Position numbers and translations under genes: made by a program. From the NCBI GenBank assembly GCA_963832395.1, contig CAWHTV010000004.1, forward strand, positions 200,999 to 264,998: a DNA stretch of 64,000 bases, read 5' to 3'. Shown piece by piece: positions 28,088 to 41,935 of this stretch (position 1 is the first letter of the stretch; every line of letters begins with the position of its first letter). The notes under the pieces are model-generated. The model saw nothing but the letters and a program-made list of their open reading frames with translations, was not told where the DNA came from and did no database searches. The stretch comes from an uncultured delta proteobacterium. Its GTDB lineage: Bacteria; Desulfobacterota; Binatia; Binatales; Binataceae.

Positions 28088-29261
28088 CTAGAGCCCGATT
28101 ATCTCCGCCATCTCGCCCAGCAGGCGTTGCGCGTCGAAATATTCGCGCGCGATCTCGCGCGCCGCGCGCGCATGGCGCGGGTAGTCGGCGCTGACCGCGC
28201 GCAGCGCCTCGACCGCCGAGTCGTCGTCGGCGAAACCCATCAGGCCGTCGCCGGCCGGGATGAATTTTTCAAAGCCGGTGAACTGAGTCACCGCCGGCCG
28301 CCCGGCGGCAAGGTAGCAGGCCGTGCGGTCGCTGAACCATCCCGAACGCGTGCCGACGTAGAGATCCTTGGCGACCGTGAATTCGCCGCGCGAGGCGCTC
28401 GATATAGCTGCGGTAGGTGTCGATATCGAGCGACATCGGGACCACCGGCCGGAAGCTGAAGCCGCCTGCCAGCGCCGCCTCGTAGTCGGGGCCGGAATTC
28501 AGGTCGGTTGCGAGCTCTACGGCCTGTCCGGCGCGCCGCGGAACGTCCAGCATCTTGGCAAAGTTGACGTGCTTCGACCAGTGGTAGGTGTCGCCCGCCA
28601 AGCTCTACGTCGTTGCCCTTGTTGCGCCAGGTGCCGACGGTCGTAAACGCCGCCGGCATCGGTGTGGCGCTCTGCTCGCGCCATTCGTCGAGCAGCACCG
28701 GCGGGCGCGTCGGATGCCAATGCAGGCTGCCGTCGGCAGCAGGCAATCGGGCTTGCCGATATTGGCGGCGTAAGTGAAGTGCACGCGATGCGCGTCGAGC
28801 ATCCGCCGCGCGCTGTCGTCGCCTTGCGCATAGCGTACCTGGTACACGCCGGGGTCGGTTTCGAGATAGACCAGGCATCGCGCGCGCCGATGCTCCTCGC
28901 GCGGATGAGTCGCGCCGCACAGATTGATCACGGCGTCGGCCTCCGCCAGCAGCTGCAGGCTGCGTTCGCGCCCCATCCCGACGTACTCGCCGCTGGTGAC
29001 GTCGAGAAACGACCAGCGATCGCGAAAGCCGAAGCGGTCCATCACTTGTCCGAGCAGCTTGAGATTGCGGCTGGCGTCCGGCGAGACCGCGTCCGCGATC
29101 GGGTCGTAAACCCACGCGCCGTGATCTTCGAGGTAGTAGACGTCGAGCCCCAGCTCCCTCAGCCCAACCAGGTGATGGATGAGTTGCCACATCACGCCCG
29201 CAAATGGGTAGCGCGCGGCCAGATGCAGCAGGACGACTTTGCCCTTGTGCTTTTTTTTCAT
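28088..29261 (-). CDS. Glycosyltransferase-like protein (CgeB/DUF3880-like; about 3 frame breaks)
   Basis: The pieces 28605..29261, 28269..28601 and 28088..28291, plus a middle piece in a third frame, join into one protein of about 390 aa. The C-terminus (GLMGFADDDSAVEALRAV...AREIAREYFDAQRLL) resembles GT1-type tails. Function not firmly recognised. Confidence 0.4.
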
Positions 29262-29339
29262 CAGGCGGGAGCGGAAATCCGCGCCCCGAGACTCACAGCC
29301 TGCGCACGGCGCGGCGCCGATGCAAGCGCGCGCGCCATC

Positions 29340-29982
29340 TCAGCGCGGGCCCGCGATCTGGAGGAGATCGGCGCGCAGAGCCCTCGAGCGCCGTCCGGCG
29401 CTGGCTGAGGCGCGCCGCGTCCTCGTCGGAAAGCTCGCCCAGGTAGCATCCGCGATCCGGCAAGAAGAGCACCGCGCGGTACGGAAACCCGGCGCGCATC
29501 CGCGGCCACACGCGATCGGCGATGACTCCCTCCAGCGCGGCCTCGCTCACGCGCTCGTGGATGCGCCCGTGTTCGTGATAGACGAGCGCGGTGGCCGCGC
29601 GCAGGCGCGCGCCGCGGCGCGCCGGCTCCACGCCGGCCATCCGGCGAATCACTTCTTCGGCGAGCGCGCGGTCGAGGTCGCCATGCGGGACATTGGCGGC
29701 GCCGCCGCTGAGCCATCGATGAGAGTGAACACCGGGCTCGCCGCCGAGCGCGTCGACCACCAGCCCGCCGTCGTCAGCGATGGTCGGAAGATTGGCGCGC
29801 GCGAAATAGAAGCGCGCCTTGAGCAGCGCGTTCTCGGTAAAGGTGGCGCCGGTTTCTTCCGGAGCATGATCGTCGACGCCGGCCTCGCGCAGCGACACCG
29901 GCGCAAGACCGTAGTCGCGCAGCAGCAACCGATATTCGTCGAGCTTGGCGGGATTGGTGGTGGCAACCAGCAGCGGTTTCAT
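29340..29982 (-). CDS. rdgB: Non-canonical purine NTP pyrophosphatase (RdgB/HAM1 family)
   Basis: MKPLLVATTNPAKLDEY start at 29982; TFTENALLKA and ADDGGLVVDALGGEPGVHS. A likely frame break near 29385 restores the ending ALRADLLQIAGPR and a stop at 29340, whereas the track ORF ends at 29293. Confidence 0.75.
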
Positions 29983-30050
29983 CGCGTGAATGGGCGTTGT
30001 CCTAGCAGGATGTTGATAAATGCAAGAAAAAGGATCCATCGCTTCGCGGA

Positions 30051-30131
30051 GATCCTTCGCTGGCGCTCAGGATGACAGAAAGGGAGTCTTTTTGCTGTCA
30101 TCCTGAACGAGGGTTGCCGAAGTGAAGGATC
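30051..30131. repeat. GTCATCCTGAGCG repeat family, copy C (short palindromic unit)
   Basis: GATCCTTCGCTGGCGCTCAGGATGACAG (30051-30078) faces CTGTCATCCTGAACG...GAAGGATC (30095-30131). Confidence 0.75.
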
Positions 30132-30166
30132 GACGCGGAGCGATTTTTGTATTTATCGACACCATG

Positions 30167-31346
30167 CTAGGAGCCCTTGACCTCGTAGGTAATCTTGAGC
30201 GCGGCGCGCTCGCGATGCTCCTCGAGCGCGAGCTCGATCAAGCGATCGATGAGCCGCCCAAGCGGCAGACCCGAGGCCTCCCACAGTTTCGGATACATGC
30301 TGATCGCGGTAAAGCCGGGGATGGTGTTGACCTCGTTGACGTAGATTTCGCTGAGCGCGGGGCGGGCCAGAAAATCGACCCGCGCCATCCCGCGCAGCCC
30401 CAGCGCGCGGAACGCGCCGCACGCAAGCTCGCGCAGGTGCTCGCTCTGGGCCGCGTTCAGCGCGGCGGGAATCTTGACCTCGGCGCCGTCGGGGTCGACG
30501 TACTTCGATTCGTAGCTGTAGAATTCGTGGCGCCCTCTTGACGATGATCTCGCCGGGGATCGACGCCTCGGGCCGTTCATTGCCGAGCACCGCGCATTCC
30601 AGCTCGCGCCCGACGCAGGCGGCCTCGATCAGCACCTTGCGGTCGTACGCAAAGGCGTCCTCGAGCGCCGCGCCGAGCGCGCTCTCGCTCTTGACCTTGC
30701 TAATCCCGACCGATGAGCCGAGCGCATTGGGCTTGACGAATACCGGGTATTCAAGCGAGCGCGCGAGGTCGGCCGCGCGCTCGGGCTCTTCGCGCCATTG
30801 CCAGCGCTCGACCACCGCATAGCGCACGACCGGCAATCCGGCCTCGCGCAGCAGCCGCTTCTGAATGTCCTTGTCCATCCCGACCGCCGAGCCCAGCACG
30901 CCCGCGCCGACGTAAGGAATTCCCGCCAGCTCCAGCAGTCCCTGCACGGTGCCGTCCTCGCCGTAGCTGCCGTGCAGCACCGGAAAGACCACGTCGAGCG
31001 GACCGGGCAATCCGGCTGCGCACCGCGCTGCCGCTCCGCGTGCCGCGCCGCGCGATGCGTTGCCCGGCGCCTCGACCAGCGAGTTGCCGGCGGGATGCGG
31101 CAGCAGGCTGACCTCGACACCGCCGCCGGCCAGCGCCTCCAGGCGCGGCGCCGTCGCGGCCAGCATCCGGATCGCGTCGGCGCGCAAGTACCAGCGGCCG
31201 TCGCGTCCGATCCCGATCGGCACCACTTCGTAACGCGCCGGATCCATCGCCGACATCACGGTCAACGCCGAGCGCAGCGAAATTTCGTGCTCGCTCGAGC
31301 GTCCGCCGAACAGCACGCCGACCCGGATTTTCTTTAGCTCAGCCAT
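30167..31346 (-). CDS. ddl: D-alanine--D-alanine ligase (frame break near 30535)
   Basis: MAELKKIRVGVLFGGRSSEHEISL, VFPVLHGSYGEDGTVQGLLE, and the C-terminal ARVDFL...EVNTIPGFT in ORF 30167..30580. Confidence 0.9.
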
Positions 31347-31546
31347 TTGCACCGCCCCGCCCCGCGCGCCTGATGCCGCGCGCACTCCCGGCCGCGTCGG
31401 CCGTCAGGATCTCAGCCGACAGAATATCGCAGGATGTCGATTGTGCCACGCTGGCGCGGCCGCATCGAGCGCCACGCGCGGCGCCATCGCGGGCGCACGC
31501 ATCAACGCGATCGCTTCCGCGCGTGGAACGGCGCCGGCGGTTGGCC

Positions 31547-33047
<1,501 letters not shown>

Positions 33048-33094
33048 TCAACCATGTTTTTGGATGCTGCTGATTTGGTGCAGCGCCATAACGC

Positions 33095-33123
33095 AATCTA
33101 ACAAAATGGACCCGCCCGATCAA
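33095..33123 (-). promoter_or_regulatory. Candidate guaB promoter
   Basis: On the minus strand: TTGATC (33123-33118), 17-nt spacer, TAGATT (33100-33095). Confidence 0.3.
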
Positions 33124-33286
33124 TTCGACCGATTCGTCGACCAATTCGCACGGTTAACGAAAAGCGAAGAAAAAACTTTGCTCCCCTTGCCGCAACCGGA
33201 AGGGGCCGGGGTTGGGTCTCTTCGCATTTTTCTCGGGGGAGATCTTTCGCGGCGAAATTTTTACGCCCGAGCGAAATCCGCGCCGC

Positions 33287-34140
33287 TCACTGCTCGTCGT
33301 TCGGCTCCTTCCACTCTTCAGGATAGAGCAGCAGCAGATCGCCGCTGAGGTTGCGCACCAGGAAGCGCTGGACCTCCGCCACCGTGCGTTCCAGCGCGCG
33401 GCCGCCGATAAGCCAATGGCCGCGGCCGCGCACGACGCGAATTGCGCGCCGAATGCGTGCGGCGAACTCGCTGGTTTTATCCAGCGGCGCAAACGGATCG
33501 GAATCGCCCGCCACGATCAGCCGTGGCACGGCGCGGCCGCTTTTATCGCAAAATTGATCCGGCCGCGCACGACTTCGAGCGCTGCGCGCGTGTCATCGGC
33601 CACCAGAGCCCGTGTCAGCGCCTCGCGCTGGAACGGCTCGGCGTCGGCCAGCAGATGGAAAAGCACGGCGCCGCGCGGCGGCTTGAGCGCGCGGCCGAGC
33701 AATCGCGCCGGCCAAGTTCGCCGCACCCAGTCACCAGAGGCGATCGAAACCCGGGAAGCATCGGCGCCAGTGCGACCGCCGCCCGCACCCGCGGATGCTT
33801 CAACCGCGTTCAGCGCCAGCAATCCGCCCAATCCATGACCGACGACGATTGCGTCGTGCCCGAGCGCCGTCAGCGCCTCGGCCAGCATCGCGGCCAGGCC
33901 GTCGAAGCCGCCGGCGCTCGAATTAGACGCGCGCGCGTCCGTACGCGACCGCTTCCGCCCTGCGCGGAGATCGGGCGCATAGACCTCCCATCCGATGCTG
34001 GCGAAATATCCGCGCGCGACTGCGAGATGGCGCGCGGTGGTGAAAAGATCGGGCAGCAGCATCAGCGGCCAGGCGAATTTCAGCGGTTCGGGCCGCTCGC
34101 AAGCGGCCGGGATATCGGCCAAGCCGCGTCTCCATCGCAA
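33287..34140 (-). CDS. Alpha/beta hydrolase (about 3 frame breaks)
   Basis: Nucleophile elbow VVGHGLGG. Pieces in ORFs 33517..34140, 33615..33803 (HPRVRAAVALAPMLPG) and 33287..33529 (PRLIVAGDSDPFAP...GHW). Confidence 0.65.
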
Positions 34141-34204
34141 TTACGTTGCGCCGCGCGTATCACGCGCCGCAAGCGCACGCAGAGCGAAGGTCGGCGCTCA
34201 TAAG

Positions 34205-34234
34205 AAAAAGAGGGCCCCTTTTCAGGGGCCCTCT
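34205..34234 (-). terminator. Rho-independent terminator of the 31-codon gene
   Basis: 11-bp stem AGAGGGCCCCT / AGGGGCCCTCT (34209-34219 / 34224-34234), followed on the minus strand by TTTTCTT. Confidence 0.65.
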
Positions 34235-34325
34235 CGCGGTACGGGGTTAATTCACCCCGGCTTATCCCAGCAGCATGCCCGGCATCTTGGCCAGCCTCCG
34301 GTTTCCCGGAGGAAAACTTATGCCG

Positions 34326-34421
34326 TTACTTCTTCTTTTTCTTGCCGGCTTTTTTCTGATCATATTCGTCTTTAACTTCGGTTTGGATTTTGTAGCTGAA
34401 CTTTTTTTCTTTTACTGGCAT
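34326..34421 (-). CDS. Unannotated small lysine-rich protein (31 aa)
   Basis: ATG at 34421 preceded by TAAGGAGGTG, 5 nt upstream. Translation MPVKEKKFSYKIQTEVKDEYDQKKAGKKKKK, stop TAA 34326-34328, with its own terminator downstream. Below the ORF-track size cut-off. Confidence 0.55.
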   Translation of the reverse strand: MPVKEKKFSYKIQTEVKDEYDQKKAGKKKKK

Positions 34422-34660
34422 AGACACCTCCTTAAAGTTGCTGCTGCCGGACAAGCTCCGAAAACTCTGCTTGCTGGGCCGCCATGGCCTCGCCTTCAGT
34501 TCGGATTATAGAAACCTGTTATTCAAAAATCAAGCAGAACGCGGATCGTTTATAAAGAAATTTTAAAATTGTAAGAATCCTTGGCCTGCCTCACCTTTAC
34601 CGGATTAGAATGGCTGTTCAGTCATAAGCCCGCTTGAAGTTGGATGCAAGTCTTTTTACG

Positions 34661-35183
34661 ATGCTGCTTGTGAGTCGGTTAAGCCTATACCTCCGCCGCG
34701 AATGGCTGACGTTATTCCTGGCCGCCGCCTGCGGCCTGCTCGCGATGGATTTCGCCACCGGGCCGCTGGGCATGCGCGACCTGATGCTGTTGCGCGAGCG
34801 GCGCGCGCAGCTGGAAACCGTGCACAGGAAATTGCTCAGGTCCAACGCGGCATTGAAGCTCAAGCTGGGCCGGCTGGGCAACGACGACCGCTATCCTCGA
34901 ACGCCGCATCCGCGAGCAGTTGGGCTACGTGCGCCCCGACGAGCTCGTCTATCGCTTCTCCACCGAAAGCTCGTCCCAGGCTCGCCTGACGATCGTTAGG
35001 CGAACGACAGCGTTAAAAATTCCGCCGGCAGCGACGATCTGCGATCAGCGAAGACCGATCACCGAAGAGCGACCATCGAAAAATAATCGCCGCGCGCATC
35101 CGCGCGCATCCGCAGCGCTTTTGCGTCGCGCGACGCATCACGAGCTCGATGAAGCGAGGGCCGCGAGCACCGCGCTTGCTTGA
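34661..35183 (+). CDS. ftsB: Septum formation initiator family protein (FtsB/DivIC-like; frame break near 34895, 3' end uncertain)
   Basis: One transmembrane segment (LTLFLAAACGLLAM), a coiled coil RERRAQLETVHRKLLRSNAALKLKLGRL, then DDRY / IREQLGYVRPDELVYRF in the next frame. Confidence 0.5.
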
Positions 35184-35237
35184 CTGCGACGCCGTCATGA
35201 CGATTTCCTTCATCGCGCGCGGCCAAGCCAGATTCAG

Positions 35238-36544
35238 ATGCCAACTTCGCAATCATCCAAGCCGCCCGCACCCTCCGCGGCGCCCGCCGGCGGCAAGTCG
35301 CGACTGATCCTGTTCGCGACCGTCTTTTTCGATCTGCTCGGCTTCGGCATCGTGATTCCGTTCCTGCCGATGTACGCGACGCGCCTGGGTGTCGGCGCCG
35401 GCGCGATCGGATTAGTCCTCTCCGACCTACTCGATAATGCAGTTCATCTTCGCGCCGCTGCTTGGGCGGCTCTCCGATCGAATCGGCCGCCGCCCGATTA
35501 TCATGCTGGGGCTGCTGGGTTCGTCGCTGAGCTACTTGATCTACGGATTCACGGACTCGTTTGCGGGACTGCTTTTCTCGCGCGCGGTGCACGGCGCATG
35601 CGCGGCGACGATCTCGACCGCGCAGGCCTACGTCGCCGATACCACCGAGGAATCAAAGCGCGCGCACGCGATGGGAATGATCGGCGCGGCATTCGGATTG
35701 GGCTTCGTGCTGGGGCCGGCGGTCGGCGGCTTGCTCGGCGCGGTGAGCCTGCGCACGCCGGTGCTATTCGCGGCGGCGCTGACCTTCATCAATCTCATCT
35801 TCGCGGCCGTCTGGCTGCCCGAGTCGCATCCTCCGCAAGCCCTTGCGCAAGACGCCGCGCGGACGCGCGCGCGAGGACGGATCACGTGGCAGGAGCACGA
35901 TGGTCGTTCGGCCTGCCACGCCAGCTGGGACGCCATCGCGCGCTCGGCGCCGCTGTTCATGGTGGCCTTCCTGCTGACCTTCGCGATAGCCGCGCTGGAG
36001 GCGACTTTCGCGCTGACCGTGCCCGCGGTCTACGGCTATGCGGCGGCCGGCATGGGCGGATTGTTGGCTTTCGCCGGACGTGGCGCAGGCAATCGCGCAG
36101 GGCTACCTGGTCGGCAAACTCGTGCCACGCATAGGCGAGGCTCGCGCTGGTGGTGGCGGGTGCGGCGGCGCTTGCGATAGGGCTTGCGCCATTAGGAAGC
36201 TGGTCCTCTCGCACGCGCGCTGTACGGGATGCTGATTCTGATAGCGTCGGGTTACGGAATAGGCAGTACGGCGGTCGCTACCCTTATCTCACGGCGCACG
36301 GGACGCGAGTTACAGGGCGAGGCATTGGGGCTCAATCAGTCGGTGCTTTCGCTGGCACGCGTGATCGGCCCAATCGCGGGCGGAGTTGCTTTACCAGGCG
36401 ATGGGGCCGGCGGCGCCATATTTCGGCGGCGCGGCGGTGGCGGCGGTGGCGATGGTACTGGCGACACGGATAAGCCCATATTCGAGCAGCCTGAGGCAAG
36501 GAGCGGCGCGATGGTCAGTGGAGCGGGCCTCATCGGCTGGGTAA
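35238..36544 (+). CDS. MFS transporter (Tet/TCR-like; at least 5 frame breaks)
   Basis: FDLLGFGIVIPFLP, GRLSDRIGRRP (MFS motif A), and later helices in ORFs 35437.., 36038.., 36150.., 36229... The last helix and TAA 36542-36544 are in frame 2. Confidence 0.6.
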
Positions 36545-36950
36545 TCGTTTTTCATCTGTTCGGAGTGATCATCTGGATCGGCAACTTGCTGGTGATTGCG
36601 TCGATGCTTTCGCTGGCCACTGAGGAGGTAGGCGCGGCGCGTGAGCGGCTTATCGGTGTTTCGCGACGCCTGTTTCAGGTCGGATGCAATATCGGGGCGC
36701 TGACCACCATCCTCCTGGGCATCATCCTGATTTTGCTGGATCCCGCCGTTCTTATGAGAGGCTGGCTACATGCGAAGCTGGTGCTGGTGCTCGTGCTGCT
36801 CTACTTTCATTACCGCCTCTACCGCCGCATCCGAGACCTGGAGGACGACGCCGTCGGGAGCCTCGGCGCGCGAGTTCAAGATGATTCACGGACTTCGTCA
36901 GCTTGCTGCTGCTCGCGATCCTCGCATTGGCCGTGCTGAGGCCGTTCTAG
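36511..36950 (+). CDS. CopD/HemJ-like integral membrane protein (2 frame breaks near 36860 and 36896)
   Basis: GWVIVFHLFGVIIWIGNLL, GWLHAKLVLVLVLLYFHYRLYRR and the ending VSLLLLAILALAVLRPF resemble the HemJ/UPF0093 family. Confidence 0.45.
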
Positions 36951-37051
36951 GGACGCTATCGGGCCATCATCTGACCGTTTACCAGCCAAGGGCACGCTCA
37001 CTCGAAATTTTAGCTACTGACTGCGAAACTGAGCGACCTCTCTGCCGCGAA

Positions 37052-37774
37052 CTACCTGTATAGCGGCGAGGGAGCCTGCCGTGCCAGGACGGGCGCGCGC
37101 ATGACGGGCGCGGGCGCGTGTATAAGTGGCGCAGGAGCGCGCAGCGGGATTCTGCGAATCTTCGGCACGATCGGAAATGGATTGCGAAATTTCAGCGTCT
37201 CGCCGTCGAAAGACTCGAAACTTACCGCGGTTGCGACGTTGACCGTCATCTCGAGCGCCAGCGCCATCCAGCACCATCGCCTGGCCCCATGCCGGGGTGC
37301 CGTCGATCGCCCTGACGTAGTGCCATTGGATCGGATCACCGACACGGGTGAATGTCTTGTAAAGGAGCTGGTGTCTCGCGGCTTGAGCATCACGTAGACC
37401 AGGATCGCTTGCGCCTTTCTGATACCCGACAGGATATAGCCCGCATGCCTTGCGAGCCGCGCCGCTCCGGGTGCGAGCGCCCATAATTCTCCGCATTCAT
37501 AGACACTTTCGGGGGGCAGGTGGGTAAGGTCGGGCCGCGGGTAGCTCTGCGGAAACGTCGCCAGGTTGTGAATCACAAATCCGGCCAGCATCTCGTCGGG
37601 CTCTGGCCCCTCCTCGTTATAGAGGGCGCATACCTCTCCATAATTGAGATGGATTTCGCCGAGGGCAGATTCCGGGGTTTCACTGAACCCGGCTCCCTTG
37701 CCGGCTCTGGCACGAACCATCCGATCGGCAAATTCATGCCGTTCGGCTTGCGTTTTCAGAATCCGCAATTGCAC
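37052..37774 (-). CDS. Hypothetical protein (about 2 frame breaks)
   Basis: ORFs 37052..37774 and 37014..37496 share one gene. No family recognised by eye. Confidence 0.3.
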   Translation of the reverse strand: MQLRILKTQAERHEFADRMVRARAGKGAGFSETPESALGEIHLNYGEVCALYNEEGPEPDEMLAGFVIHNLATFPQSYPRPDLTHLPPESVYECGELWALAPGAARLARHAGYILSGIRKAQAILVYVMLKPRDTSSFTRHSPVSVIRSNGTTSGRSTAPRHGARRWCWMALALEMTVNVATAVSFESFDGETLKFRNPFPIVPKIRRIPLRAPAPLIHAPAPVMRAPVLARQAPSPLYR

Positions 37775-38078
37775 GATGTCACCCGAGATTCAGCTCTAAG
37801 AACCGTTATTGTTACCTATCATGTCTCTTATCTTTTAGCCTAATGTTGCACGTTTGCATAGGCTTGATGCAAAATTGCCTGCTTTTAGTCGCCTAAAGTC
37901 CAATTTATCGCAAATTAGCTCGATTTTTCCACGGGCATGCTACTTGCGTTCGAGGCACTCGCGAGGGTCTAGAAGTTTGTAATGCGCCAATTTCTTTCGG
38001 CACGCTCCACTGCAGACCCGAATCCGGACGGTCTTCAGCTTCGAGCTGAAACCGACTCTGCCCGACGACGCTTGGGCG

Positions 38079-40720
38079 GTGCTGCTCACACGCGTCGGCA
38101 TCGCAATCATACTCGTTACACAACCCCTTTTCATAGTTTCCGAACTCCGTCTTGGCAATGCGCGAGAAGTCGATCCCTGGCTGCTCACCGGCTTTCATCT
38201 GTTCAATTTTGCCGCCGCACTGACCGGACTCGGTATAAGTTGGACGCGCGGCTTTCGCGAGCACTGGCGCTCGGCGGCTTTTTCGCTGTGCGCGATGCTC
38301 ATCGTAAGCTCCACGGTGATGAGCATCGCGGCGGGCGGGCGTCACGAGGCGCTGTTCCTCTCGCTGCTACACATCATGCTGGGCTCGGCGATGCTGGTGC
38401 CGTGGGAATCGCGATGGCAATTGGGGCTGGGCGCGCTTAGTGTGTCCGCGCTGCTTGCGAACACCATGCTGGCGCAGCACGTCGATCCCAACCTTCTGTA
38501 TCACTGGCTGGGCGTTATCACCGCGGCGTGCCTTTCCCAGTGCGCGACCAGCTTTGGCGTGCGCTACCGCGAGCGCACTCAGCAGTACCAGGCGCTGCGC
38601 GAACGCGATCTGCAACTGGGCGAGAGCGAAGAAAAATTCCGCCGCGTCTTCGAGACCAGCTCCGACGTGATCGTCATCACCCGAACCAGCGACGGCCATA
38701 TCATCGACGTCAATCGCGAGTTCGTCGACCGCACCGGATACAGCCGCGAGGAAGTGATGGGCCGCAGGCCCTCGGAGCTTGACTTGTGGGACGGCCGCGA
38801 ACAGGCCAAGCAGCTGTCCGATGCGATCAAGACCGCGGGCTTCGCGCGCAACGTCGAGGGTCGCTTCCGGATGCGTAGCGGCGAGTCGGTCACGGCGCTG
38901 ATCTCCTCGGTTAGGGCGATGATCAACGGCGAGGAATGCGTGATCAGCGCGGTGCGCGACGTGACCGAACTGCGCAAGGTCCACGAAGCATTGGTCGCGG
39001 CGCGCGAGGTTGCCCTGGCGGCCTCGGAGGCCAAATCGCAATTCCTCTCCTGCATGTCGCACGAGATCCGCACTCCGCTCAACGTCATCCTCGGCTCGGC
39101 CGATCTGCTCACCGACACCCAGCTCGGTCCCGAGCAACGCCACTATGTCGATCGCGTCATCAACAACGGCTCCAACCTGCTGGAGCTGCTCAACAGCATC
39201 CTCGACCTCACCCGGGTCGAAAGCGGACAGCTCCACCTCGAGCAGACGCCCTTCAACGTTGCCGAACTGACCGAGCGCGTCGCCGACACGCTCGCCATCC
39301 GCACCCGCGAGACCGCAGGTCGAACTGGTGGCCCGCTGCGCACCCGATTTGCCGGTCACTCTGCTCGGCGATCCGCTGCGTCTCAACCAGGTGCTGACCA
39401 ACCTGGTCGGCAACGCGCTCAAGTTTACCGAGCGCGGCGAGGTCGTCGTCACAATCGAGCGCGACACGCAAAGCCGCGATCCCGGCGCGCTGCGCTTTTC
39501 CGTAAGCGACACCGGCATCGGCATCGCGCCCGAAAAACTCGCCTCGATCTTTTCGCCTTTCGCCCAGGCCGACTCCTCGACCACGCGCAAGTACGGCGGC
39601 AGCGGCCTGGGACTCGCGATCGTCGAGCGGCTGGTGCAGTTGATGGGCGGCCGGGTATGGGTCGAAAGCGAAGCCGGCAAGGGCAGCACCTTTCACTTCA
39701 CCGCCCGCTTCGGCGTGCCGCAGGGCGCACCCGACGCGCCGGCGCGCGATCGACCTTGGCGGAGTGCGAGTGCTGTTCATGGACCGCAACGCCACGTGCC
39801 GCACCACCGCGCGCGAAATTTTCGAAATCGCATGGCGCCACCGTGATCGAAGCCGCCTCGGCAGACGAGGCCTGGGAGGCGGTCGAGCAGGCCAAGCGCG
39901 CCGCACGAGCCGTTCGCGCTGGTGTTCGCCGACTGCTCAGCGTCCTGACGCCGGCGGTTTCGATCTCGCGCGGCGCATCGGAGCCAGCGCGGGCGCCGCG
40001 GCCGGACTGACGGTGGCCACCGTCAGTTCGTACGATCTCTCGAAAGCCTTCGTCGGCCTGCGCGAGGCCGGCCTCGAGCACTACGTGGTCAAGCCGCTCA
40101 AGCGCGCCGAGCTGCTGGCCGCGGCGGCGGACTTCGCAAAACGCGCGCCCCTGGCAGCAGCAGCCCGCGACCGATTCGGTCTTTGCCGCGACTGCCGCCG
40201 CTATCGAGCAGTCAGTAGCACTCGCAGTCCGCGGCATCCTCGTCAGATACGCCTCGCGGCCTCGCCCGCGCAGGCGGCTCCGCCGCTCGCCTCGGTCGAG
40301 CCTGCCGCGGGGCCTTGCCGAATCCTGCTGGCCGACGACTCGGTCGACAACCGCCTGTTGATTCGCGCCTATCTCGGCAAGACCGGTTACGGACTCGACG
40401 AGGCCGAGAACGGCCAGGTCGCGGTCGACAAACTCTTGAGCGGCCGCTACGACCTGGTTCTGATGGACATCCAGATGCCGGTGATGGATGGCTTCTCGGC
40501 CGTGCGGCGTATCCGGCAATGGGAGCAGGAGAACGGCGCGCGCCGCACGCCGATCATCGCGCTGACCGCATCGGCTTTCGACGAGACCGTGCGCAAGGCG
40601 GTCGAGGCCGGATGCGATTCGCATCTGGGCAAGCCGCTCAGGCGCAGCACCCTCATGCGCGTCATTCGCGAGACCGCGTTCAGCGACCGTCCCGATCAGC
40701 CCGCGTCAGCCGCTGCCTGA
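38079..40720 (+). CDS. Hybrid sensor histidine kinase with membrane sensor, PAS, HisKA/HATPase and two receiver domains (at least 5 frame breaks)
   Basis: H-box [16 protein letters not shown] boxes [12 protein letters not shown] and DTGIGI...[10 protein letters not shown] (ORF 39328..39846), and receiver motifs [10 protein letters not shown]...[13 protein letters not shown]...ALTA (ORF 39764..40720). Confidence 0.85.
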
Positions 40721-40740
40721 GATTCGCCCCGCGCTGACCG

Positions 40741-41935
40741 CTAGGCGGCCGAGCCGTTATAAGCGCGGTCGGCGGCGGCGAGTGACTTGCCGCGCGCGAT
40801 CTCGAAGCCCATCGATTCCAGGATCGTCTCCAGCGCGCTCAGGATCAGCATCACGTTCTCGCGCTTGCACGACTCGCCCATCAGGCCGATGCGCCACACC
40901 TTGCCTTTAAGCGGCCCCAGCCCGGCGCCAATCTCGATGTTGAACTTCTCCAGCAGTTGCGTGCGCACCTTGGCCTCGTCGATCCCTGACGGCACCGCGA
41001 CCGTGGTGAGTTGCGGCAGCCGGAAGCCCTCCTGCGCCGCGAGATCCAGCCCCATCCCGCTCGATCCCCGCCTGCAGCGCGGCCGCGTTGGCGCGATGGC
41101 GCCGAAAGCGCGCCTCGAGCCCCTCCTCGACCACGATCCTGAGCGCCTCGTACAAGGCATAGTTCATCGTGATCGGCGCGGTGTGATGGTAGACGCGGTC
41201 GGGTCCCCAGTACTTCTCGATCAGCGAGAGGTCGAAGTACCACGAGGTGCACGGCGTCTTGCGCTTGCGGACAACTTCCATCGCGCGCGGGCTGAAGGTC
41301 ACCGGTGACAGGCCCGGCGGTGCGCCGATACCTTTTTGCGTGCAACTGTAGCAGGCGTCGATTTGCCAGCCGTCGATCTCCAGCGGCACGCATCCGAGCG
41401 ACGTCACTCCGTCGGCCACCATCAGCGCGCCGTGCGCATGCGCCATCTTCGAGATCTCCTCGATCGGCTGATGGATCCCGGTCGAGGTTTCGGCGTGCAC
41501 GATCGCGACCAGCTTGGGCGCCTTGGCCGCCTTGAGCGCCTGCTCGATGCGCTCGGGCTCGACGATTCTGCCCCACTCGGCGTCAACCCGATGGATCCGC
41601 GCGCCGAGCCGCGTCGCCAGTTCGGCCATGCGCGTGCCGAACACGCCGGCCGTGCCGATCACCACCTCGTCGCCCTCCTCGATCAGATTCGCCATCACGG
41701 TTTCCATTCCGGCCGAGCCGGTGCCGGAGACCGGGAAAGTGATCTCGTTGGCGGTGCGGAAGACTATCCGCAGCATCTTCTTGATGTCGTCCATCACCTT
41801 GACGAAGTCGGGATCGAGATGGCCGACCACCGGCGACAGCATCGCTTTCATCACCCGCGGATGAATGTTCGAGGGGCCCGGTCCGAGCAGCACGCGGGCG
41901 GACGGTTGCAACTCCGGAAACGAGGAACTTGCCAA
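40741..41935 (-). CDS. Class V aminotransferase (alanine-glyoxylate / serine-pyruvate type; frame break near 41060)
   Basis: LLGPGPSNIHPRV, HAETSTG, and SCTQKGIGAPPG carrying the PLP lysine. ORFs 40907..41935 and 40741..41160. Confidence 0.8.
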
